From a virus, in the IMG/VR virus record IMGVR_UViG_3300026549_000005, positions 1 through 64,000 of that record: 64,000 nucleotides of DNA; one strand, written 5' to 3'. This document shows, piece by piece, positions 8,232 to 19,249 of this stretch (position 1 is the first letter of the stretch; each line of letters begins with the position of its first letter). Below the pieces are notes generated by a model that was not told where the DNA came from, ran no database searches, and saw only the letters and a list, made by a program, of their open reading frames with translations. A program made the position numbers and the translations under genes.

Positions 8232-9527
8232 TCAATAATTATAAAGTTCCATATATTTCAAACTCGTATAATAATGAAAGGGAAAATGAAAGCATAAATG
8301 TTCCAATTCATTATAAGTATATTTTTCTAAAGTATCTCTTAAAGGATATATGCGATATCCGGTATCACCTTTAGAATTAGAATCTGCAAAAAATATCTTT
8401 CCTTCAGGCTCACGAGCATATAGATTTGATTTTATTTCTGAAGGAGCGTAGTATATTAAGTTGTCTTTTTTTAATTTTAAAAATGGTGTATCTTTTCCAA
8501 GTTCACTATAAACATTTCCTTCAGAATCCCAGTATTTTGCATAATATAAATCAATCGTCTGGCTGTCATTGCCGTTTCCCCAGTAGTTGTCTATAATAAA
8601 ATACAAACCAGTTCCCTGCGGTTGCACATCTGAATCAACAGTGAATGAGTAAGTCCATTCTACAATTTTTCCAATTTCATTATAGGCGGTTGCAGAATTA
8701 TGAATATATGACCAACTTGCACTCCAGTTATTCCAATAGGTTATAAAGCCTATTGATGAGCATTTACTAGAAGTAGAAGTTCCATCTCCCCTTGTTCTGA
8801 ATTTAACTCTTACATAATAAGTTCTACCTGCGTAAAGTTTTGTGTTTCTAAGAGCTATCTCTTTACTGTAACTACCTGTATTATGAGTTACATAAGGAAT
8901 CCCTATAGGTTGAGTAGAATCATTATATGGATATATTCTTGTATACATTTTAAGATTTCGAGTTATAACGATTGGTTTAGATGATTTTGATTTTTTGATT
9001 ATATATGAAGTCAATGTTGAATTTTTACCTATATTGTAATCAAAATCACAATCATACTCGCATTTTCTAGCGGTAGTTTTAGAATCACAAACTGTACCTA
9101 AGAAAGCGAAGGAATTTCTTGAACTAAGACAAGATATATCCTTTCCCAAATGAAACGAATTGTTCAGGTTGCTTTTCGACCACATTAAATCATTAAATGT
9201 TGAATCGTGAGTTATAGCATCGTAAGTAACGATTGCGAATATATATCCGTAATAATTGGACTTACCATTAAGATATTTGTTTATTTCATCAGTTATTCCG
9301 TTGGTATTTCCTTCAGTGTATGAATCATAACTTGTTTTTGAAATTAATTTCAATGATGTATTAAAAATATATAAAGTATGACCTCTGGAAGTAACGATAT
9401 CTGAATATAATAAGTTTCCTGAGTTATCATATACATTTATACTTCCATTTCCATTTCCAAATATTTTGCTGTTTATTTCAAATTTATATAAATATTGAAA
9501 TGAAGTTTGCAAGAATTTATATGCCAT
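8232..9527 (-). CDS. distal tail / receptor-binding candidate (431 aa)
   Basis: Position between the fibre genes and the lysis genes. No motif recognised. Confidence 0.45.
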   Translation of the reverse strand: MAYKFLQTSFQYLYKFEINSKIFGNGNGSINVYDNSGNLLYSDIVTSRGHTLYIFNTSLKLISKTSYDSYTEGNTNGITDEINKYLNGKSNYYGYIFAIVTYDAITHDSTFNDLMWSKSNLNNSFHLGKDISCLSSRNSFAFLGTVCDSKTTARKCEYDCDFDYNIGKNSTLTSYIIKKSKSSKPIVITRNLKMYTRIYPYNDSTQPIGIPYVTHNTGSYSKEIALRNTKLYAGRTYYVRVKFRTRGDGTSTSSKCSSIGFITYWNNWSASWSYIHNSATAYNEIGKIVEWTYSFTVDSDVQPQGTGLYFIIDNYWGNGNDSQTIDLYYAKYWDSEGNVYSELGKDTPFLKLKKDNLIYYAPSEIKSNLYAREPEGKIFFADSNSKGDTGYRIYPLRDTLEKYTYNELEHLCFHFPFHYYTSLKYMELYNY

Positions 9528-9536
9528 ATAATATCC

Positions 9537-10979
9537 TTATACGATTTCAAAAGTAATATCGTTTACACCGTAAGTGTCAATTTTGCTTCTGATGTAATTC
9601 CACAATAAACTTAAAGGTCTTTTTGTTAGATTTGTAGGATTCGTTCCAGTATTACTTGTAGTTGAAAAAGTATCTGCATCCGTTAGAACGGTTGAACTAT
9701 CATCGGTTATAGTTATTTTATCATTTTTAACGGATACTAGAGCATTTACTTCAGATTTTGAATATATATCAGACAAATCAACTTCTATTGTGCTTTTTCC
9801 GAGTTTTTCCCATTTGCCGTCCACCCAAATATATTCATCATATTGCTGGGTTGCTTCTGTTCCAGTTCCACGAATTAGATAAATTGTGCCTTTTATTCCA
9901 CTATTAGGAAGTTCTGTAACAATCTTAAAATCAATCTGCGTTACACCTGCGATAGCGTCAGCAATCTTTTTGTCAACTGAACCTACAGTTGAGGAATCTC
10001 CATTGAGAGTTGCTATTGCAGATTCATTTGCAGACACTCTTGATTGAATTGAAGTGTCATCATAATTCTTTAATCCTGCAAGCTTAGTTTTTTCAGCATA
10101 AGTGAAGTTCTGTTCACTTAACCCCCTGCCGTCAATCTTATCAACTTTATTTTTTAGGGCAGTATACACCGCTCCGCTAGTTATGTTTTCTTCAGAATCA
10201 AGGGTTATAGTGCCAGTTGTGGCAACATTTGTTACATTGCCAAGTCCAATCTGATTTTTTGTTACATTGTGAGGATTACTTGTATTTGCAACGTGTGAAT
10301 CATAAGTATCACAACGGTCGGCAAGTGTGCTTTCTGCACCCATTGCCCTAGTTCTTTCTGCCTGAATAGCAGTTGTATTTGCACTTATATCAGTTTCATG
10401 CTGAAGATTTTTTACTTCTCTGGCTGAAATTTCTGCATTAAGATTCTGATTAGTTGTATTAAGATTAATCTGAACATTATCAATATTGGTTTGAAGTAAA
10501 CTATCAGCATCTTGCCTTGCCTGACTTTCAACACCAATTTGTGTTTGAATTTGTGTATTGGTTTCACTTTTAGTATAGTAATCAGATAAATCAACATAGG
10601 TGTTTCCGATTAACTCCCAGGTTCCAGTATATATGTATTCATCATACACATCATTTTCATATTGAGTTGTTCCTTGCTCTTTTTTTCGTTTCAGAAAATA
10701 GATTGTGCTTGTTGAAATATCTTCTGTCGGAAGTTCATCAACAAATTTTGAATCCCATTTTGCAGATAGTTTTTGGTCAATTTCATTTTTTGTGTATGTT
10801 TCTGATTTTTTGTAATAATTTACCAAATCATTTACTGCATTGGTAATATAACCAGCATCATTAATGAAAAAAGCAACGTTTCTAGGTAAATCTTCAATAT
10901 TAAGTTTTGTTCTTCTTGCCTCAATATCTTTAATATCGTGTTGTTCACCCTTAGAAGTTATCCATGCAACTGTATTCAT
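9537..10979 (-). CDS. tail fibre protein
   Basis: Size, position, and a long Asn/Thr/Gln-rich coiled segment typical of fibres. Confidence 0.6.
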   Translation of the reverse strand: MNTVAWITSKGEQHDIKDIEARRTKLNIEDLPRNVAFFINDAGYITNAVNDLVNYYKKSETYTKNEIDQKLSAKWDSKFVDELPTEDISTSTIYFLKRKKEQGTTQYENDVYDEYIYTGTWELIGNTYVDLSDYYTKSETNTQIQTQIGVESQARQDADSLLQTNIDNVQINLNTTNQNLNAEISAREVKNLQHETDISANTTAIQAERTRAMGAESTLADRCDTYDSHVANTSNPHNVTKNQIGLGNVTNVATTGTITLDSEENITSGAVYTALKNKVDKIDGRGLSEQNFTYAEKTKLAGLKNYDDTSIQSRVSANESAIATLNGDSSTVGSVDKKIADAIAGVTQIDFKIVTELPNSGIKGTIYLIRGTGTEATQQYDEYIWVDGKWEKLGKSTIEVDLSDIYSKSEVNALVSVKNDKITITDDSSTVLTDADTFSTTSNTGTNPTNLTKRPLSLLWNYIRSKIDTYGVNDITFEIV

Positions 10980-10981
10980 AA

Positions 10982-11218
10982 TTACTCCTCAGATTTTTTA
11001 CCGTTTTTAAGTTCAATAATCTTATCAAACCAAGTTGAAATGAATATAGGGCAAAATGGAATTGATGGTGCAACACCAATCAAGATTAATGCCTTTACAT
11101 CTTCAACTGATGGGCAAGTATTGTGCAGGATGAACTTCAGCATTACAACTACAAAAGTCACAATCAGACCAACTGCTCCAACTATCATCCCAATATGAGA
11201 TGTATCTTTAGCCTTCAT
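10982..11218 (-). CDS. small two-TM membrane protein
   Basis: ORF track 10982..11263, trimmed to M16 (AAGGGG SD). Two hydrophobic helices. Confidence 0.5.
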   Translation of the reverse strand: MKAKDTSHIGMIVGAVGLIVTFVVVMLKFILHNTCPSVEDVKALILIGVAPSIPFCPIFISTWFDKIIELKNGKKSEE

Positions 11219-11477
11219 TTGTTTCCCCTTTTGCTTGTTCCGCAAGTCGTCTTTGTTCTTCAATATTTTTGAGAATGGTTTGCACTTTTTCTGACTTGAA
11301 AATAAAATGCTTGTAAATAAACTTAAACGGTCTTGAAACGGATTTTATTTTCTTGCCATTATCATAAATTGATACCTTGCATAGCAATGGGTGAAAGTCT
11401 TTAGGCTTGCTTATTACATAATTTGAACTCTCAAATACTTCAGTTCTGCCGTCTGCTAATTCTGTTATAATTGTCAT
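11208..11477 (-). CDS. hypothetical protein (89 aa)
   Basis: ORF track. GGAG SD upstream. Confidence 0.5.
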   Translation of the reverse strand: MTIITELADGRTEVFESSNYVISKPKDFHPLLCKVSIYDNGKKIKSVSRPFKFIYKHFIFKSEKVQTILKNIEEQRRLAEQAKGETNEG

Positions 11478-11531
11478 TTTTATACTCCTTATTTAAAAAT
11501 AATTTATGATGTTCTTTAATCTCTTTGATTC

Positions 11532-12455
11532 TCAACTAACTCGCTCCCAGCAATATTTTACTACATAAGGCGGTAAAATTGAAAATGAAGTTCCGCTTCC
11601 GTTACTTCCAGTTGTTCCTGCATCTCCTGCAAAGGTAGGTGTAGCGTTTCCCGTGTTTCCACTTGCTCCACCTGTTGTTCCTGAATATGAAAATGAGTGG
11701 GTGTGGCTAACATTAATGTGCAAACATCCACGATTAGCAGGAGGCATTGTGCCACAGTGTTCTGGTCGCCAGGGTGGGTCATTATTTATTCCATATTGGC
11801 TAAATTTATCCGCTCCAATTGAAAAACAACCACTTACATAAGAAGCATTACCATCATTGCCATTATTTTTCCAAATGGCTGGATTTGTGTTATTAGAAGC
11901 GACTGTTATAACACTTCTAATAACTGACTCAAAATCACCTGTTGCATTACCACTCATTCCTCCAGTTGTTCCACTTCCACTAAAACTATGGGTATGGTTA
12001 TTCAATCCGTGGCTATGAGAACTTACCTTTCCACTCGGTGTAAAACTATGGGTATGGCTAGGCATATTATTAACTGATAAAGTAACACTACTTGCTCCAC
12101 CAGTCGCTCCTACAGTCTTATAAGTATCACCGCAGGCAAGCACAAATCTGTCTTTAATCTGAACCCAAGTTCCGCCAAATAATGTACTAGGATTTGTACT
12201 ATTGGCACTCCAATACAAACTTCCAACTGGATAAATCAATTTCATCAGCTTATAGAAAACTGAATTTGTATCACTTGTATTTTTTGTATTCAATCCAGTA
12301 AACAAGGTCGCAATATTAGTTGCGTTTTGTGCAATGTTTACGGCATTTGTGTGCATTTGTGTATCAATAGCATCGGTATTATTATTCCAATGGTCGATAT
12401 TGAATTGCTCACTTCTTTCAGGCTTATTCAAATTGTAATTGGTTGAATAATTCAT
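11532..12455 (-). CDS. tail fibre / baseplate-distal protein with repeated HTHSF-SGTTGG segments
   Basis: MPSHTHSF, NNHTHSFSGSGTTGG, VSHTHSFSYSGTTGG. Lies after the XkdU-like gene. Confidence 0.6.
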   Translation of the reverse strand: MNYSTNYNLNKPERSEQFNIDHWNNNTDAIDTQMHTNAVNIAQNATNIATLFTGLNTKNTSDTNSVFYKLMKLIYPVGSLYWSANSTNPSTLFGGTWVQIKDRFVLACGDTYKTVGATGGASSVTLSVNNMPSHTHSFTPSGKVSSHSHGLNNHTHSFSGSGTTGGMSGNATGDFESVIRSVITVASNNTNPAIWKNNGNDGNASYVSGCFSIGADKFSQYGINNDPPWRPEHCGTMPPANRGCLHINVSHTHSFSYSGTTGGASGNTGNATPTFAGDAGTTGSNGSGTSFSILPPYVVKYCWERVS

Positions 12456-12458
12456 TTT

Positions 12459-13118
12459 TTACCCCTCAAAATTATAATCTGCATATTGCGATAACTCACC
12501 GTAAGTGAGCCTTTCTAAGTTATTATAACTGCAATTTCTAAATAAATAAAGATATGTATATTGTACACTAAATATAACATACATATTGGCTGGAATCAAA
12601 CTTCTGATATACTTTTGAAATTTCAGATAAACTTCAGGTGAATTTGTATGAATATCAATAGTAAGTTCAAAATCATTTGGAAATATTTCAAAAGTATAAT
12701 TTCCTTTACCCCAAACACTTTCGAGAATCCTTTGCAAATTCTGCCTTGTAAATGGCGGTCTGAATCTTCTTTTAGTAAGTAACAAGTCCCGTCTTGTGTT
12801 CAAATCCAAATCAGCATTTGATTCAAGATTAAGAACCTTTTCCCATTTCACAATACCATTATAATTCAGTGATTCTAAGAATGTGTTATCAATATTCGCT
12901 TGAATTTCATCATGCAAGGTTTCTATTTCATCTTTCTGAGTTCCATACAATGCTTCCATGGTCTTATTATCTTTCAGAACATCAGGGGAATAGCGGACTA
13001 CATAATTGGCTCGTTCTTCAAGAATCAAGTTTTCATCCTCAACCCTAGACCTGCTTAAAATAATGAGATTCTGCCGTATAACATTACTGTTTTTTATTTT
13101 TAAGTTAATATCACTCAA
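12459..13118 (-). CDS. XkdU/YmfQ-like (DUF2313) baseplate protein
   Basis: Synteny directly after baseplate J, and matching size. Confidence 0.55.
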   Translation of the reverse strand: MSDINLKIKNSNVIRQNLIILSRSRVEDENLILEERANYVVRYSPDVLKDNKTMEALYGTQKDEIETLHDEIQANIDNTFLESLNYNGIVKWEKVLNLESNADLDLNTRRDLLLTKRRFRPPFTRQNLQRILESVWGKGNYTFEIFPNDFELTIDIHTNSPEVYLKFQKYIRSLIPANMYVIFSVQYTYLYLFRNCSYNNLERLTYGELSQYADYNFEG

Positions 13119-14268
13119 TTGTTACGCTCCTAAGATAAGGTAAATACTGTTTACCCAACAAACCTTCATCAACATAAACAATATCATTCATTTCACCATT
13201 TAATTTTACATCAGTTACGTTTAATACGAATTCCAATTCAAGAACTTTTTCAATAATTCTTGCACGATAGATTGTGAGGTTTACATCTTGCTTATAAGAT
13301 TGTCTGATTGAAAGGAAATATTCTTCAATTTTTCTTTCAACCTCTTCTTGAATTGTTTCAATAGTTTCTGTTTTTAAGAATTCAATCGTTAAAGCAACAT
13401 CAACATCCTGCCTTGTTGGTGTTGTGATTGTAACATAATGCCCGATTGGAGCTATTCCAATTCCTTGCCCCGTAGAATCTTCAGGGTCAATCTGTTCTTT
13501 AAGGTTTCTTGCAAATTCTGTTGTAATCGGATTATATAATGGGTCAACAACTGAAAGTAAAACAGAACCGTTATACTGCCATGCTGGAAAAACTTTTGTT
13601 TGCCCAACTCCATCAATGGCATTCACCCTTTCAATATAATCCTGAATATTTCCACCAAAAGCACCATAATTAAGACTTGCAACGGCTCTTGCCCTTAATT
13701 CAGTATCAGTTTCATCATCTTCAGCTGGTTTATAAGTTGATATGATATTTGCCTGAGCAAGATTCAAAATAGGTGTTAATGGTAAAATTGTACCCAAGTG
13801 TTCATTTCCTTGTGTACCAGTTTGTTCACATTCAAGAATCTTATAACCATCTGTTTTACCGATATATTCATAAGTGATTTCAGCATTTTCAGGAATTGCA
13901 AATCTTATACCAGTTTCAATTTCCATATCAATAAGAATCCTTTGGTTGTTTTCATCAAGAACATAATTTCCTTGACTATCAACTTTATATTGCTTGAATT
14001 CAGCAATTCTTAATGCCCTTGTTGCTTTTCTTCTGCTTATACCGTAATCATAAACACGTCTATTAAGATTGTTACCAGTTGCGGTCATTAAATATGTTTG
14101 TTCTTCAAGAATATCCATTTTTACATAAGCATCAGCCAATTCAAGACAAACTGGAGCAAGTGCATCGTAAATGATTGAGCCTACTCGCTTATCTACATCT
14201 ACCAGTCGGTCATTCGCAAGGCATCTGTTTAAGATTTTTTCAAAAGTATTATCATCACTGTATGACAT
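13111..14268 (-). CDS. baseplate J-like protein (XkdT-like)
   Basis: Size and synteny. The sequence has typical baseplate J family character. Confidence 0.75.
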   Translation of the reverse strand: MSYSDDNTFEKILNRCLANDRLVDVDKRVGSIIYDALAPVCLELADAYVKMDILEEQTYLMTATGNNLNRRVYDYGISRRKATRALRIAEFKQYKVDSQGNYVLDENNQRILIDMEIETGIRFAIPENAEITYEYIGKTDGYKILECEQTGTQGNEHLGTILPLTPILNLAQANIISTYKPAEDDETDTELRARAVASLNYGAFGGNIQDYIERVNAIDGVGQTKVFPAWQYNGSVLLSVVDPLYNPITTEFARNLKEQIDPEDSTGQGIGIAPIGHYVTITTPTRQDVDVALTIEFLKTETIETIQEEVERKIEEYFLSIRQSYKQDVNLTIYRARIIEKVLELEFVLNVTDVKLNGEMNDIVYVDEGLLGKQYLPYLRSVTIE

Positions 14269-14280
14269 TTGATTCCTCCG

Positions 14281-14685
14281 TTATATTGCAAGACTCAAAG
14301 AATCTTTATAAGTTCCATATATTGTAAACACCGTAAAATCAATTAAACAAGCATTGTTTTGTTTATCACTTTTTTCAACATTATCAACTTGAACATCAGA
14401 AATTCTATCATCCTGCAAAAGTGCATCACGCAAGGTTTCCTGAATTCCAGCCGTAATAAATCCAATATCTTTCCCTATGTATTGTTCAAGTTCAACACCA
14501 TAATCACCATCATAAATTGGACTGGAGTATCTTTCAGTAGATAAAATATGATAAATTGCCTGCTTTACTGAATCCAATTTATCAACTTTTCCTGCAACTG
14601 TACTATCACCAACACGATAAGTTAAATTAGGTTGTCTGTATTGAATTGAATCACCGATAAGCTGATTATTTATTTGTGGAATCAT
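14281..14685 (-). CDS. XkdS-like small baseplate protein (DUF2634 / gpW-gp25-like)
   Basis: IYHILSTERYSSPIYDGDYGVELEQYIG, plus synteny. Confidence 0.6.
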   Translation of the reverse strand: MIPQINNQLIGDSIQYRQPNLTYRVGDSTVAGKVDKLDSVKQAIYHILSTERYSSPIYDGDYGVELEQYIGKDIGFITAGIQETLRDALLQDDRISDVQVDNVEKSDKQNNACLIDFTVFTIYGTYKDSLSLAI

Positions 14686-15339
14686 TTATTCCTCCTCAAT
14701 CCTTTCAGCAACATAATACTTCTGATAATCATTAAATGCAAACATTAAAACAGTATCACCAACTTTTAATTTTGGCTCAATTTCTAGTATAACGCATTCC
14801 TCATAATCAGACTTAGGAAAATGAACATCTTTTGTAATTTGTTTTGAAATTATATGCTTATGTTCACTATCTGTAATCATAACAGAATCATCAACTATTG
14901 TTGCCTGCCCTCCAACTGCAATACTTGTTGATATTGAACTTCTTCCAAGATTCTTTTTTGATATGGTGTTTGTAACTTCATTTCCGTTTTCATCTAAAGT
15001 TTTATAAGTTACCATTGTACTTTCTGCAAGTGCTTTTTGGGTTTGTTCAAAAGCCTTTCCCGCAATAGTTCCCGCACCAATACTTCCAACAGACGGTGAG
15101 GTTTCAGTAAAATGAGTATCAAGAATATGAGTATGCGGAATCTTGACTTTGTGAGGTCTACAGTTTTGACCTAAGAACAAAAACTCTTTAGGCAAGACAA
15201 TTCCATTTCCAATATCAATGCTTAATGGGTCAACTGTTTTTACAGTTCCATAAATCATTGTGTTAGGCTTATTCTGATTCATCATTCTTTTGATAGCATT
15301 TACAAAATTTTGTGCCTCAATATCAAAATTACTACCCAT
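14686..15339 (-). CDS. XkdR-like baseplate protein (DUF2577-like)
   Basis: Synteny. IYGTVKTVDPLSIDIGNG pattern. Confidence 0.5.
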   Translation of the reverse strand: MGSNFDIEAQNFVNAIKRMMNQNKPNTMIYGTVKTVDPLSIDIGNGIVLPKEFLFLGQNCRPHKVKIPHTHILDTHFTETSPSVGSIGAGTIAGKAFEQTQKALAESTMVTYKTLDENGNEVTNTISKKNLGRSSISTSIAVGGQATIVDDSVMITDSEHKHIISKQITKDVHFPKSDYEECVILEIEPKLKVGDTVLMFAFNDYQKYYVAERIEEE

Positions 15340-15341
15340 AA

Positions 15342-16559
15342 TTATAATCCTTCAGGGAAATTACCTTCCGTTGTAACTTCCAAATCCATAGTATGATTAT
15401 CACCATCATAGTGATGAACTGCCGATAAAATATATACGGGAATATCATTTATACCAACACTTTTTAATCTTAAAGCAAAAGCATTTCCAGCATATAATCC
15501 ATTATAACCCAAGCAGGTTAATTTTAGGGTTTTTGTTGGGTTATTTTCAACATCAAGAATAAGTTTAGCGTAGTTTTTTAATTGTTCTTCAGTTGCACCT
15601 TCTTTTACTGTAACAATCTTTCTTAATCTACCCCATTTTTTAACACTATCCTCCTGCTTCGCATAAACCAATTCCTTTACTTTTTCTTCTTTACCTTCTT
15701 CGTTTTTAATGGATTCATTTGTTTCCGATAACAGTAAAATCTCATTGTGTGTATCTTTATCAATATCAATAGAATACTCATAATTCATCAGCAATGATTC
15801 TTCACCAATTACAAGTGTTTCATTATCCATAAATGAATGTGATTCAAATATATTAAATGGTTTATTTTTATCTATTTTAAAATGTGATTTTATTTCTTTA
15901 GTTAAAGATTTAAATTCAAGAGTACCAAAATTATCTCGAATATAATAATGAAAACCTTTCCACAATTTGTCCATTATTTCATTTGATAAAGTTTTTTCAA
16001 TTTCATATTCAACAACATCTTCACCCTTAGCATTTTTATATATCTTATAATTTCCTTTTTGTGTTTCTTCAATTGCCCATTCAATTATTTCAAACAATGT
16101 TTTGTCTTGAAAAGTATAAGGTCTAACTTTTATGATTGATTTATCTATAACTTTTGCGGTCGTCACCATCTTTTTTTCTGAAAAATTATATTCACGGAAT
16201 CCAGCATTATTACAAAGTTTAAGAAATATATCACTTGCCGTTTCTTTTCCATTAGTAAAATAATAATCGTGATTCTGCAAATATCGCATTTGGTCATAAG
16301 CAACAACGGAGTAATCTTCTTCATCAGTAGTTGAAAGTGAAAAAATATATCCCTTGAAAACTTCAGCGTTTTCAAATTTGAATTCCACTTCATCACCAAG
16401 ATTCATTTTCAAATCACCATAAGGGTCTTTTCTTAACTTAAAAGTTAATTTACCTGGGTATCCTTTTAATGATGTTGAATAATCAATCTCATGTGCAAGT
16501 TCGGAAACATCAAAACCATAATCTGTATTTCCATTAATTCGCAAATCTATTTTCATCAA
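15342..16559 (-). CDS. XkdQ-like baseplate hub / late-control-D-like protein
   Basis: Synteny and size. Confidence 0.55.
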   Translation of the reverse strand: MMKIDLRINGNTDYGFDVSELAHEIDYSTSLKGYPGKLTFKLRKDPYGDLKMNLGDEVEFKFENAEVFKGYIFSLSTTDEEDYSVVAYDQMRYLQNHDYYFTNGKETASDIFLKLCNNAGFREYNFSEKKMVTTAKVIDKSIIKVRPYTFQDKTLFEIIEWAIEETQKGNYKIYKNAKGEDVVEYEIEKTLSNEIMDKLWKGFHYYIRDNFGTLEFKSLTKEIKSHFKIDKNKPFNIFESHSFMDNETLVIGEESLLMNYEYSIDIDKDTHNEILLLSETNESIKNEEGKEEKVKELVYAKQEDSVKKWGRLRKIVTVKEGATEEQLKNYAKLILDVENNPTKTLKLTCLGYNGLYAGNAFALRLKSVGINDIPVYILSAVHHYDGDNHTMDLEVTTEGNFPEGL

Positions 16560-17332
16560 CTATTACCCTCTAAAGTAACAATGTTATAAGAACTATTTCT
16601 TACCCAATTTTCAGGCAAAGTCAATTTAGTTCCAACAACAAGACCATCCATCAATGAATCACCAATGATTTCTTTATTTTCAATATACAATTCTTTCCAG
16701 TTTTCGTCTGAACCAGTTATCTTTTTAGTAATGCTTGTTACAGTATCATTTTTCTGTACTGTATAAGGATTATTGATAACTTCCTTATTTGATACACGGC
16801 TAGGTCTAGGAATATCAACACAAACTGTATATCCTGCATATTTTCCAACGGCATCCATAACATTATTTATTGCAGTTATCAGTTTGCTATTGGTTGAGCC
16901 TTTAATTTTTTTAGCACCATAATGCCGATATTCTTTAAGGCTTAAAGTGTAATAAACATCTTCCTCTTCACCCGCATTTATCCAATGTTCAAAGTTTTCA
17001 CAAGTAACCCACATTGAAAAGTTAAATCTTGTTACAACCATAAAAGCAGGCTTTTTGCTTTTCTGCCATTCTTCCAGCCAATTGACATAAAGAGCAGGAG
17101 GTACTAATGTAGACAACTCCTGCCAAAAGAATGAGTCAATTGTCATTTCAGCTAGTTTAGGAGTTTGTGGAACACTTACTTCACCCAATCCAACAATATC
17201 AACTGTTTCTGCTGAACTAGGAATCACCTTTTTCAACACTTCAGGATTAATTGGAAATTTCAAAGTTTTCCATTTATCGTAAGTAAGAGTAATATAAATT
17301 GGTATAAAACTATCTTGTTTGTAAAGTTCCAT
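16556..17332 (-). CDS. LysM-domain tail protein (XkdP-like)
   Basis: C-terminal LysM: YTVQKNDTVTSITKKITGSDENWKELY...GTKLTLP. Confidence 0.7.
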   Translation of the reverse strand: MELYKQDSFIPIYITLTYDKWKTLKFPINPEVLKKVIPSSAETVDIVGLGEVSVPQTPKLAEMTIDSFFWQELSTLVPPALYVNWLEEWQKSKKPAFMVVTRFNFSMWVTCENFEHWINAGEEEDVYYTLSLKEYRHYGAKKIKGSTNSKLITAINNVMDAVGKYAGYTVCVDIPRPSRVSNKEVINNPYTVQKNDTVTSITKKITGSDENWKELYIENKEIIGDSLMDGLVVGTKLTLPENWVRNSSYNIVTLEGNS

Positions 17333-19068
17333 TATGCAACCCCATTACTATAAAGAGCTTCAGTCATTGTACCAGTAAATTTATTAAGAACCGATGCAAC
17401 TTCATCACGAACATCTTCTGCCGTTACATTAGTTCCATTCATTTCAATATTTATCTGAGGTCTAATGTTAGATTGTTTGAAGAAGAATCTTTCAGTTGCT
17501 TTTGTTGAAAGCAAATCTTTATAATCCTGAGCAATATCAACAGATGAAGTATCAGAAGTAAGTAATGAGCCATCACTAGCAAATTTGAATTGATTGCCTT
17601 GTTGAGATAATCCATCACCAACTGCCTTTTTAAGTCCACCCGTTAATTTATCAATTGCACCCTGAAATTGTTCTGAAAGATTAGAACCTATTTCACCACC
17701 TTTGACTATATAGTCTTTATATGATACTCTGTCCATTCTACCATAATCAACAGTAATCGGGCCATCACCTTTTAATTCTTCAATTTTATTTTGGAATTCA
17801 ATTAATTTTTCATCCCAATCTTGATGAAAAATTTTACCAATCGCTCCTGCAAGCGGTGTAATAATTTTAATTATATCTTGAGCCATTGATAGAAAGAAAT
17901 CACTTACCTTATCAACAACTTTCCAGAAAGTATTAACAATCCATTCCGCTATAATAGCAATAAAGTTTCTTACATCAACAAAGCCATTTATTGCACCTGC
18001 AACAAGAACACCTATTGCAATTCCAACCGCCTTAAATGTCTTTTCAGAAAAGGCAAGGAACAAAGCAAGAGCCGATATAATCAAGAGAATCAATGATATA
18101 ATACCGATTAATGGAGCATGAGCAATTGCCCATGCAACTGCCGTTGCTATTGCACTTGCTATAGCCTCCCTTTTAAGAATAGCAAAGTAAACACCAACTG
18201 CAAGTATAGCAACACCCAAAGCACCTAACGCAATGACAACACCGTTTATATGTTTCTGAATAAATTGTAAGGCTTTTAATATATCTTCATAAAACGCTAA
18301 TTTCCATCTCATTGTTACAAGTTGGAACATATCTTGAAAAGGTTTTAATGTTTTACCAAGTTCTTTTCGCATATTTCCCAATTGAACTGAGATAGATTGT
18401 ACTGATTGAGGATTTAACGCATTTAAGGCTTGTGCTTGTTGACCTATGCTTTCATTTACGGTTTTAGTGATAAAGGCAAGTTTCTGCTCTTCATTCATCA
18501 GTTTGAATGCTTCTTTTTCAGCGTCACTGAACACGTAACCACGTTTAGACATTCCACCCATATCACCACCCATGACTTTACCAAGCATTGTGGCATAACT
18601 CATCATTCCTTGTTCTGAGTTTACACCACCCTGCTTTGCCATGTTAGCGAGCACGGGCATCAAACCTTTCAGAGTTTTAGCATCAGTTATGTAGGTTGCC
18701 AACTCCTGAGCACCGTTGGTCAACATTTCGTAAGAATAACCCGTTGCGAGTTCTTGTTGTTTCAAAACATCTTTCATTGCACTAATAGTTGAACTATTAG
18801 CACCAAATCTAGCCTGCATTACAGTTGCAAGTCTTGTTTCCATTTCCAATTGATGCTGATATTCACCCACCAACCCTGATACAGAATTGGTAAGCATATC
18901 AACTTTATTTTTTGCAAAAGAAAATATTTGTAATGCTGAACTAACACCAAGCAATTTATTTGTTAGATTGCCTGCACTTTTTTCAGCATTTTGCATTTGT
19001 TGATTTATTTGTGAAACAATTTGAGATACATTATCAACACCATTAAAAACCAAATTTATCTGTGCCAT
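17332..19068 (-). CDS. tape measure protein
   Basis: 578 aa. Helical, with a central multi-TM hydrophobic block. Lies after the chaperone pair. Confidence 0.85.
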   Translation of the reverse strand: MAQINLVFNGVDNVSQIVSQINQQMQNAEKSAGNLTNKLLGVSSALQIFSFAKNKVDMLTNSVSGLVGEYQHQLEMETRLATVMQARFGANSSTISAMKDVLKQQELATGYSYEMLTNGAQELATYITDAKTLKGLMPVLANMAKQGGVNSEQGMMSYATMLGKVMGGDMGGMSKRGYVFSDAEKEAFKLMNEEQKLAFITKTVNESIGQQAQALNALNPQSVQSISVQLGNMRKELGKTLKPFQDMFQLVTMRWKLAFYEDILKALQFIQKHINGVVIALGALGVAILAVGVYFAILKREAIASAIATAVAWAIAHAPLIGIISLILLIISALALFLAFSEKTFKAVGIAIGVLVAGAINGFVDVRNFIAIIAEWIVNTFWKVVDKVSDFFLSMAQDIIKIITPLAGAIGKIFHQDWDEKLIEFQNKIEELKGDGPITVDYGRMDRVSYKDYIVKGGEIGSNLSEQFQGAIDKLTGGLKKAVGDGLSQQGNQFKFASDGSLLTSDTSSVDIAQDYKDLLSTKATERFFFKQSNIRPQINIEMNGTNVTAEDVRDEVASVLNKFTGTMTEALYSNGVA

Positions 19069-19072
19069 TGTT

Positions 19073-19249
19073 TCACCTCTTCATTTTTTGTTCTGCCTGC
19101 TTATCTGCCTCGATTTGATTGTCAATGCAGGCAATCACAAATGCTTTTTCTTTTTGTGGTAACCTAGAAAATTCTGTAGGTTTCCATCTTAATTTGAGAA
19201 CGGCGAATTGACAATATAAGGCTTCACCGTCCTCCTTAATTAGTTTTTT
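19073..19249 (-). CDS. -1 frameshift extension of the tail chaperone (G/GT-type long form)
   Basis: The -1 frame is open from the slippery A_AAA_AAC (19243-19249) to the TGA at 19073-19075. It reads KKLIKEDGEALYCQFAVLKLRWKPTEFSRLPQKEKAFVIACIDNQIEADKQAEQKMKR. Confidence 0.6.
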   Translation of the reverse strand, partial: KKLIKEDGEALYCQFAVLKLRWKPTEFSRLPQKEKAFVIACIDNQIEADKQAEQKMKR